Positions 1 to 7,393 of a stretch of 64,000 nucleotides of DNA are shown here, piece after piece. How positions within the stretch are numbered: position 1 is the first letter of the stretch; every line of letters begins with the position of its first letter. A program made the position numbers and the translations under genes. Location: contig CAZPUS010000011.1 in NCBI GenBank assembly GCA_964589825.1, positions 18,628-82,627 on the forward strand. The letters run 5' to 3'. Origin of the DNA: an uncultured Fibrobacterota bacterium (GTDB lineage Bacteria > Fibrobacterota > Chitinivibrionia > Chitinivibrionales > WJKA01). The notes under the pieces were generated by a model. That model ran no database searches. It saw nothing but the letters and a program-made list of their open reading frames with translations, and was not told the DNA's origin.

Positions 1-399
1 AGCAGATCTTCGCATCGTGCTTTAAAAGGTACACAGGATTCGATCGTTGCCCTGTACAATCGTGCGGTTTCCCTGCAGGGAAACGGTGAAAAGCAACGTG
101 CACTCGTACTATACCGTAGGATCCTTTCACTTGATTCGACCCATGTACGAACAATGAACAATATGGGTGTTCTTTTTGCACGTAAGGGAGCATACGATTC
201 AGCCTCTCATTACTATTCACGTGTGCTTCGGTACGAGCCCGGGATGACACAGACGTATGTTAACCTGATAAGTGTTCAGCTTATGCGGGGTGACAGCGCA
301 CAGGCACGGGAGATTTTTGCCCGACTAAAGACATTGCAGGCTGACAGTGCGCTTTTGGAAAAAGCGGCGGAGCTTTTCGAGCCTGCGGTGATACGTTAG
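1..399 (+). CDS. TPR-repeat protein, C-terminal part (gene starts upstream of the window)
   Basis: Frame +1 is open from base 1 to the TAG at 397-399. The tracked ORF 154..399 is only the part after an internal Met. The translation shows TPR-like helix pairs (GAYDSASHYYSRVLRYEPGMTQTYVNLISVQLMRGDSAQAREIF). Confidence 0.6.
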   Translation, partial: SRSSHRALKGTQDSIVALYNRAVSLQGNGEKQRALVLYRRILSLDSTHVRTMNNMGVLFARKGAYDSASHYYSRVLRYEPGMTQTYVNLISVQLMRGDSAQAREIFARLKTLQADSALLEKAAELFEPAVIR

Positions 400-492
400 A
401 ACGTTGCTGCAGCGGAATAAGAGGCGGCACAACGGCTGCCGCAGATACGCAATAGATAGTGCAGGACTCCTTTACATTCGCGTGTTTAGCAT

Positions 493-1071
493 ATGCATAT
501 TACACTTGCCAACAAGATAACGCTTGCCAGGATAGTGGGTGTTGCCGTCTTCGTTCTTTTGCTGCTGTATTTTAAAAGCAGTCTCGAGGAAGAAGCGGTT
601 CATCGTGAGCTTATGCGCTACGGCGCGCTTTCACTTTTTGTAGTTATTATTCTTTCGGATGCGCTTGACGGCTACATCGCCCGGCGTAACAATGAAGAGA
701 CCGACCTGGGCAGGATCCTCGATCCATTTGCGGACAAGGCGCTTTTTTTTGTCTCTTACATAATGCTGAGCCATACAAGTTTTCATGGCACGCTGCCGGT
801 AATTCCGATGTGGCTGGTGTGGCTGGTGATAAGCAGGGATCTGTTTCTTTGCTGCGGCGCATTGCTTATCCATATTTTAATGGGATCTGTGACTATTACT
901 CCCTCGTGGACCGGGAAGGTGACGACTTTCCTGCAGGCGTGCGTTATTTGTCTTGTACTCGCCAAAGTATCCGGTGCGGTCTTTTTATCGGCAACCCTTG
1001 TTGCAGGTCTGTGTACTCTCATATCGGGTGTGCGATACCTTATACAGGGATATCTGCAGCTGCGCGGTTAG
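493..1071 (+). CDS. pgsA: CDP-alcohol phosphatidyltransferase (CDP-diacylglycerol--glycerol-3-phosphate 3-phosphatidyltransferase-like)
   Basis: 192-aa polytopic membrane ORF with the D-x2-D-G-x2-A-R...G-x3-D-x3-D signature (SDALDGYIARRNNEETDLGRILDPFADK). Confidence 0.8.
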   Translation: MHITLANKITLARIVGVAVFVLLLLYFKSSLEEEAVHRELMRYGALSLFVVIILSDALDGYIARRNNEETDLGRILDPFADKALFFVSYIMLSHTSFHGTLPVIPMWLVWLVISRDLFLCCGALLIHILMGSVTITPSWTGKVTTFLQACVICLVLAKVSGAVFLSATLVAGLCTLISGVRYLIQGYLQLRG

Positions 1072-1103
1072 ACGAGAAGCCGTCCCGATAGTAACAACCC
1101 GTA

Positions 1104-2045
1104 TCAGCGATAATCCATACACCCCCATTCACCACAAAGCGAATAGCGTATCGACGATTCGGGTTTGAGCCGTGCGTGGCGGACGACGATGCTGTTGTGT
1201 ACGCTTGTAGCTGAGGGAAGCTGTTGAGGTTCGTACCATGTGTGGGAACCGAGACGTAAAATTGCATCATCCGCAAGTCGGAGGTTATACGCAGAATTGG
1301 TCCGTGTATCCACAACCATCCATTCTGGAGGTGCAAGCGGTGATATCCCGGCTATAGTATCGTGGTGAATCGCTGCAAGTGAGGCCGGGGTGCCAATATC
1401 TTTCCAATACGCAGGTGCATGGACACACACCTTTACGGGTGCTCCATGTGCACGAAGCCGGTCCCATACCGCAGTGATTGAAAAATCATCCGAGGTCAGG
1501 TAAGAAAAAAAATCGGGACGGTAAAGCGTAATGCCGATGAATGCGCCCGATCCGTGGTGTAATCTCTCATCGGAATTAACGCTATCGTACGTGCCAAGGT
1601 ACGTATGGGTTTGCGTATCGTATACAATAGTGGGATGCGATGCATGGGTGAACACGACCGGGGCACAAAGTGCATCCATGTGTCTGAAACGTGCGACAAG
1701 TCCACACAGATCTATATCCGCCACAATATCGACATTTGCCACTACGCAAATATCGTCTTTGCTGCAGAACGAAGCACTGTTATACAGCGCGCCGCCGGTG
1801 CCGAGAATCCGGTCCGTTTCGTGAAACAGGGATACGTCGTACGCGTTCGATTGTACGAAAGATTCGATCCGGGAATGTAAATAGTGCGTGTTGACACCAA
1901 CGGCGTTGCATCCGCACTCCTTCATCCACTCGATTTTATGCTGCAGGGCAGGTGCTCCGCACAGAGGTACCAGCGCCTTTGGAATCGATCCTGTAATTGG
2001 CCGAAGCCGTGTTCCGAAACCGGCACTCAGAATCAGTCCCCGCAT
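1104..2045 (-). CDS. Sugar-1-phosphate nucleotidylyltransferase family protein (MurU/GlmU-like N-terminal domain with a C-terminal extension)
   Basis: 313-aa ORF with an N-terminal nucleotide-binding loop (LILSAGFGTRLRPITGSIPKALVP). It overlaps the upstream DUF1343 gene by 13 nt, which suggests co-translation. The exact sugar specificity cannot be read from the sequence. Confidence 0.65.
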   Translation of the reverse strand: MRGLILSAGFGTRLRPITGSIPKALVPLCGAPALQHKIEWMKECGCNAVGVNTHYLHSRIESFVQSNAYDVSLFHETDRILGTGGALYNSASFCSKDDICVVANVDIVADIDLCGLVARFRHMDALCAPVVFTHASHPTIVYDTQTHTYLGTYDSVNSDERLHHGSGAFIGITLYRPDFFSYLTSDDFSITAVWDRLRAHGAPVKVCVHAPAYWKDIGTPASLAAIHHDTIAGISPLAPPEWMVVDTRTNSAYNLRLADDAILRLGSHTWYEPQQLPSATSVHNSIVVRHARLKPESSIRYSLCGEWGCMDYR

Positions 2046-3259
2046 TGCGGCTCCTCAGAATAGTGGCGTATGTGCCTGAAAGTATATTCAAACTCCCGGT
2101 ATTGCTGTTGCCACTGAGTGCGGATATCGTCGGGAAGTGTTCCCGAAACGATATATTTTCTGACCAGGGGGGTACCGGTAAGAATATCGATCGGCATTTT
2201 TTTGTACTCGTATTCATATGGTGGCGGATTGAAAAAGACGTGGCTGCCGCAGCTGCGCCACAATGCATCCAGAAGCACCACCGCAGTGTGTACCGGGTGA
2301 AACCGGCGTGGATGTGTTACGTGCAGTTGTGCTCCTCTGCAGTACTGTCCTTGCCATTTATCGAAAGTCGGCAAAAAATCGTGACGCCGAAGATGGCAGC
2401 CGGAAAGTGTGGATACGTGCGGGTGGCTTTTTAATGCGTCGCAATCGAGAAATGGAGCACCAAAGAGCTCGAACGGCCGTGTGGTGCCACGGCCTTCGGA
2501 GATATTGGTCGCTTCGAACAGAACCATCCCCGGATAGACTCGCGCGGTGTCAAGGGTCGGGATGTTGGGTGAGGGCATAATCCACGGTAGTCCGAAGTCG
2601 CTGTAGAAAGAATTGCGGTGCCATCCCTGCATCCATACCACAGAAAGCCTAAGCGAGGGAAAGTAGCGCTGCGCCAGCAGAGAAGCCAGTTCTCCCAGGG
2701 TAAGACGGTGACAAAGCGGGATTTCTGCACCGCCCACAAATGAAAAATGGGTGGAGGGACATACGGGACCGTCGAAATCGAGTGCGGCAATTGGGTTGGG
2801 GCGATCGAGTACCCATACCGGGATGCCCGCTTTGCTGCATGCATGAAGACAATTTTTTATTGTCCAGATATAAGTGTACGGGCGTGCACCTACATCCATG
2901 AGATCGATAACGAGTGCATCGATGTGTGTGAGCATTTCCGCGGTGGGAGTGCGCGTGCTGCCGTATAGGCTGTAGAGAGGAGCTTTCCATTCAGAAACGA
3001 GCGATCCGTCCCATTCGACCATATTTGCCTGTGTAAAGCCGTAAAGTCCGTGCTGGGGACCGAAGATTGCACCCAGACGCAATTCAGAAGAGGCGTGTAC
3101 CAACTCGAGGATATGCCGCCACTCGGAATTTACGGATGCGGCATGGCACAAAACGCCGAGTCGTTTGTTGCGCAAAGCAGGTGGGGGAGAGGAAAAAAAT
3201 CTATCGATGCCGAGTCTGCATGTCATAATAATTGTAAAAAAAGATAAATGCGCCTGCAA
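2033..3259 (-). CDS. DUF1343 family protein (exo-beta-N-acetylmuramidase NamZ-like)
   Basis: 408-aa ORF. I recognise the blocks GPQHGLYG, DLMDVGARPYTYIWT and VWVLDRPNP as the DUF1343/NamZ family. This assignment is from memory, not a search. Confidence 0.7.
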   Translation of the reverse strand: MQAHLSFFTIIMTCRLGIDRFFSSPPPALRNKRLGVLCHAASVNSEWRHILELVHASSELRLGAIFGPQHGLYGFTQANMVEWDGSLVSEWKAPLYSLYGSTRTPTAEMLTHIDALVIDLMDVGARPYTYIWTIKNCLHACSKAGIPVWVLDRPNPIAALDFDGPVCPSTHFSFVGGAEIPLCHRLTLGELASLLAQRYFPSLRLSVVWMQGWHRNSFYSDFGLPWIMPSPNIPTLDTARVYPGMVLFEATNISEGRGTTRPFELFGAPFLDCDALKSHPHVSTLSGCHLRRHDFLPTFDKWQGQYCRGAQLHVTHPRRFHPVHTAVVLLDALWRSCGSHVFFNPPPYEYEYKKMPIDILTGTPLVRKYIVSGTLPDDIRTQWQQQYREFEYTFRHIRHYSEEPQCGD

Positions 3260-3493
3260 TTCAGTCGTGAAAAAAAAGTAATACGTGTTGTGCCGTTATA
3301 ATACATGCACATACCAAAAATAGCACACGCACCGTCGGTTAGTCATAATTGTGTGTGTAGTATGTCATCACCTGAAAATCTGTGAATTGCTGTGTGTTTG
3401 AATGTAAATATGTAAAATATTATTTTATACTGACTTTTTACTCCAGACATTTTGTTACCCGAACCGGAATTGTGAAGGAGGTGACACGAGTAG

Positions 3494-3697
3494 ATGAACG
3501 GTATTATCGTACGAGGAAACGAAGCACCTGAGAAGGCGATCCGCAGATTCAAGAAAGTTTGCGAGCGTACAGGAGTATTGTCCGATCTGAAAAAGTATCG
3601 GTATTTTGAAAAACCGTGTGAAGCACGCAAGCGGAAGAAAAACGCGGCGATTCGTAAACGTATGCGCAATGAGCGCCGCCGTGGCGGGCAACTGTAA
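3494..3697 (+). CDS. rpsU: 30S ribosomal protein S21
   Basis: 67-aa highly basic ORF with the typical S21 sequence (EKAIRRFKKVCERTGVLSDLKKYRYFEKPCEARKRKK). A GGAGG Shine-Dalgarno lies upstream (gtgaaggaggtgacacgagtagATG). Confidence 0.9.
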   Translation: MNGIIVRGNEAPEKAIRRFKKVCERTGVLSDLKKYRYFEKPCEARKRKKNAAIRKRMRNERRRGGQL

Positions 3698-3792
3698 CCT
3701 CATATACACATACGCAACCGATATTTCTGCAGTATAGAGATATACTATCCTGGTGTGTTGTCCCGACACAGGAGACATCACACCGGCGGTAT

Positions 3793-4374
3793 TCAGCTGC
3801 GTGCTGCAGTAGGATAAAACGACTCCGGTTTTATCCTGTGAGCGGCGGTATGCGTAATTACCGCACATGCGGTAGCCACGTTGAGAGAATTTTTAAAACC
3901 ATACGTGGGGATTTCAATCATTGCGTGGCAGCGCTCGAGTGCATCTCTGGATACGCCGAGCGCTTCATTGCCGAATACGAATGCGCAGGGTGAGGGATAT
4001 TCGATATTACAGAACGGTTGTGACACTGAGGTGGTTTCAGACGCATACACGGTAACGTGTTGCTGTCTGCACCACTCTATGGCATCTATAGCGGTGGTGA
4101 ATTTTTTCCAGGGTACGTAGTCGGTTGTTCCCAAAGATGTCTTATCGAGTTTGACATGCGGTGGTGTAGCGGTATAGCCGCAGAGGAAAAGACCGCGAAC
4201 TCTGAGCGTATCACAGATACGAAATATGGATCCCACATTGAACGCACTTCTCAAATTGTCGAGAATAACGTAGATGGGCATAGAAGGCAGTGCACGGTAT
4301 TCTTCAGGACTCAGAGAAGTGTCATAGCTTCGTACTTCAAAATTCGTTTCAGTGTCTCCTTTGTCTCTGGCCAT
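3793..4374 (-). CDS. SpoU/TrmH-family RNA 2'-O-methyltransferase
   Basis: 193-aa ORF with SpoU class IV methyltransferase motifs (NLRSAFNVGSIFRICD; FVFGNEALGVS; IPTYGFKNSLNVATA). Confidence 0.75.
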   Translation of the reverse strand: MARDKGDTETNFEVRSYDTSLSPEEYRALPSMPIYVILDNLRSAFNVGSIFRICDTLRVRGLFLCGYTATPPHVKLDKTSLGTTDYVPWKKFTTAIDAIEWCRQQHVTVYASETTSVSQPFCNIEYPSPCAFVFGNEALGVSRDALERCHAMIEIPTYGFKNSLNVATACAVITHTAAHRIKPESFYPTAARS

Positions 4375-4431
4375 TGGGGGATATATCCTGCAGATGGTAA
4401 TTCGGCGTTATCGATCCGGTAATCGTTCAGT

Positions 4432-5745
4432 TCATGTATGAATACGTTCGGTTTTCCCATCGTGTTCGTTTACAAAGAAGAAAAGTATGCCCCCGGTGAT
4501 AAACAACACAGACACCGAGAGAATGCTGATGCGGATTGCCTGTTGAGAGGTCGCTCCCAGAGCCTGAATGAAAACCCCGATACCTCCCATGAGGACAGGG
4601 CCGAGTATGGCGGATGCCTTGTGGATCAGGTTGTAGAATCCAAAGAACTCTCCTGATTTATCAGCAGGGATGATACGTGCATAAAAAGACCTGCTCAGCG
4701 CCTGAAGCCCTCCCTGTACTGTCCCGACTACAGCGGCGAGGATGTAAAATTCATATACATGGTGCATGAATGCACCCCAGACAGTGATGGCGATATAAAC
4801 GCCAATCGCAGCAAAAATACACACGCGATCTCCCATCCGTGTCGCAATCCAGCCAAATACAACGGCAGAGGGAAAACCTATGAACTGAGTGATAAGAAGC
4901 GCCATTATCAGATTGCCGGTATCAAAACCGATCGACATCCCGTACGCGATCGACATCCGCTGAATGGTTCCCACTCCGTCCATGTAGAGCCAGTACGCAC
5001 CCAGAAAAAGTCCGACCGTCTTAAGATGGCGAATACTTCGAAAGGTGGATCCCAGCTGACGGATCCCGTTTAAAACATCGAGGCGCCACAAGTGCGTTGC
5101 ATTTGTGTGATGGCTATGGTAATTCATTCGTTCCTTTACCCACAAAATGAGCGGAATGGTAAAGACCATCCACCAGATTCCCACACAGATAAACGATGCT
5201 CGAACCGCCTGTGACCTGGATGTAAGGCCGAACGTTTCAGGAGAGGTGGTCATCCATACATTGAGTGTGAGCAGTATGCCCCCGCCAAGGTATCCGAGGG
5301 CGTAACCAAAGGTCGAAATAAACGAACGGTGCTGTTGTGGTGCCACATCGACAAGCAGCGAATCGTAAAACACATTGGCGCCCGAAAAGCAGATGCCGGC
5401 TGCAATGAATATTATACTGGCGAGCAGCCACCCCTGCGTTCCGATGGTACTCAACACTATCGACATGAAAGCGCCGGTAAATGCAAAGCCGAGCAGGAAC
5501 GCTTTTCGGGTATTACGACAGTCTGCAATTGCACCAAGTACCGGTGCGGTGAGTGCAACCACCCCGGCAGTGATTGAATTGGCGATGGAAAGCCGTGCAT
5601 TACTTTCAACGTGGGATGTCTGGGCACACCAGACGCTTTTGAAAAAAACTGGATAGAACGCCACGACGATGGTGGTGATGAAGGCTGAATTTGCCCAGTC
5701 ATAAAGACACCAGGACCATTGTTCTTTGGAAAGAATGCGCCACAT
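4432..5745 (-). CDS. MFS transporter, UMF1/Atg22-like family
   Basis: 437-aa ORF with about 12 hydrophobic segments. The N-terminal motif WSWCLYDWANSAF is typical of the UMF1 subfamily. Confidence 0.7.
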   Translation of the reverse strand: MWRILSKEQWSWCLYDWANSAFITTIVVAFYPVFFKSVWCAQTSHVESNARLSIANSITAGVVALTAPVLGAIADCRNTRKAFLLGFAFTGAFMSIVLSTIGTQGWLLASIIFIAAGICFSGANVFYDSLLVDVAPQQHRSFISTFGYALGYLGGGILLTLNVWMTTSPETFGLTSRSQAVRASFICVGIWWMVFTIPLILWVKERMNYHSHHTNATHLWRLDVLNGIRQLGSTFRSIRHLKTVGLFLGAYWLYMDGVGTIQRMSIAYGMSIGFDTGNLIMALLITQFIGFPSAVVFGWIATRMGDRVCIFAAIGVYIAITVWGAFMHHVYEFYILAAVVGTVQGGLQALSRSFYARIIPADKSGEFFGFYNLIHKASAILGPVLMGGIGVFIQALGATSQQAIRISILSVSVLFITGGILFFFVNEHDGKTERIHT

Positions 5746-7058
5746 CAGGTTTTTTTCTCTTTTTTCTGTGCCGCCGGAAACAGTACATTGTTGAGAATAA
5801 GCCGATAGCCGGGTGAATTCGGATGAAGACTCAAATCGGTGGGAGGATCACCCACTGCATGGGAATAGTCTTCAGGATCGTGGCCTCCCAGATATGCGTA
5901 CATTCCTTTGCCGAGTATACCATGAAGATACCTGACTCGATTCGTTCCGGGGCTGAACCCCAGTATTACCGCATCCTCCCGCAGTACTTCTTTGTTGTAT
6001 GACGTGGCAAGCCCGTAAAAGCCTTCGATAGTCCGTACGTGATTCTGGGTGAGCATGGACGGCACCGGATCGAGTTTTGCGCTAAAATCGAACAGCGTAA
6101 AATCACGTGCAGGCGTACGCATGCGGGAGTTGACTTTTACCACATCTATATTGCCGAAGTAGCCGGCATAAGGATTTGTCTCTATCTCAAAGTTGCGAAA
6201 TGCAATACAGTTACTGAAATCGAGTTTGGCACGCCAGGCGGGATCGACCGGGTCACCGTCGTACACACGGGCGACAATATCGGTCCCGAGCGCGGCGAGT
6301 GCGATATCGAGTGTGTTGGGGGCACAGCACATGGCAAACAGAAAACCGCCCTGTTCCACATAATTACGGACCTTTAACGCCACCGCTTTTTTCAGTTCCG
6401 CGACACTTTCAAAGCCCAGATCATCGGCGATGTCACCAAGGCGTGCCCGCTGGCGTTTGAACCATGCGGTATGATGAAAACTGCGGAAAAACTTATTGTA
6501 TTGACCGGTAAAATCCTCATGGTGGAGATGAAGCCAGTCGAACTCGTCAAGTTTTCCCTGCAGTACTTCCTTGTCGTATACTTTTTCATACGGGATTCCG
6601 GCATAGGTGAGTGCCATGGTGACCGCATCGTCCCAAGGAACTTTGTTGGGCGGGGTGTACACGGCGATATCCGGTGCTTTCTCCAGCGTCATTTTTTCCA
6701 TGTTATGCTGTGAAATCGTGGGAAGTATCTCGTTATTCCACTGCGATGTTGTAACTCGTACCGTATGTACTCCGTGCATTTGTGCATACAGTCGATGCTG
6801 TGAGGAGTAATCGAGTACGAATGAACCACCCCGGAAGTTGAGGCACCAGGAGGCATTGGACCCTTCGTTAAGGGCATTGTATACTACACCGTAGGCTTTG
6901 AGATGATCCTTTTGTGCCTCGTCCATGGGAATAAGGAGCTTGTCTGCATATGACCGGTATAGTATTGCCGGGAGTATCAGCAGCAAAACCGTACGGTAAC
7001 AGCGAGCGTTTTGGACAAGTATCCGTACCAGGGCATGAAGAAAGTATCGTGTGTGCAT
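5745..7058 (-). CDS. Conserved hypothetical exported protein (family often auto-annotated 'asparagine synthetase B'; function unknown)
   Basis: 437-aa ORF with an N-terminal hydrophobic anchor/signal. I recall the block LKAYGVVYNAL...WCLNFRGGSF from a conserved family in FCB-group genomes. It overlaps the downstream MFS gene by 1 nt. Confidence 0.5.
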   Translation of the reverse strand: MHTRYFLHALVRILVQNARCYRTVLLLILPAILYRSYADKLLIPMDEAQKDHLKAYGVVYNALNEGSNASWCLNFRGGSFVLDYSSQHRLYAQMHGVHTVRVTTSQWNNEILPTISQHNMEKMTLEKAPDIAVYTPPNKVPWDDAVTMALTYAGIPYEKVYDKEVLQGKLDEFDWLHLHHEDFTGQYNKFFRSFHHTAWFKRQRARLGDIADDLGFESVAELKKAVALKVRNYVEQGGFLFAMCCAPNTLDIALAALGTDIVARVYDGDPVDPAWRAKLDFSNCIAFRNFEIETNPYAGYFGNIDVVKVNSRMRTPARDFTLFDFSAKLDPVPSMLTQNHVRTIEGFYGLATSYNKEVLREDAVILGFSPGTNRVRYLHGILGKGMYAYLGGHDPEDYSHAVGDPPTDLSLHPNSPGYRLILNNVLFPAAQKKEKKT

Positions 7059-7393
7059 ACTGATTATTGCCAGCCGATGGAGATAAGGTGTTCTTTGTAT
7101 GGAGTGGATATTGTAATAATAGCCATGGGGCTATTCTCCGTATAATCAATGGAAATGATCGCATTGCAGCACTGCCGTATTACGTAATACCTAAAAAGAG
7201 ACATTGGTACACGAAATGCGCTGCCATCATTACGCTCACCGCGTTTTTTATCACGATAATCGCGCAGGTTAGGAGGGTATAGTTGTATGTGCCGTTGTGC
7301 TTCTGATCTGACAAAATGGTGCTAATCCACGGCAATCAGTAAAAAATGTATTATCCCGTAGGCAAGGAGCCACAAACAACGGACGCGTGAAAA

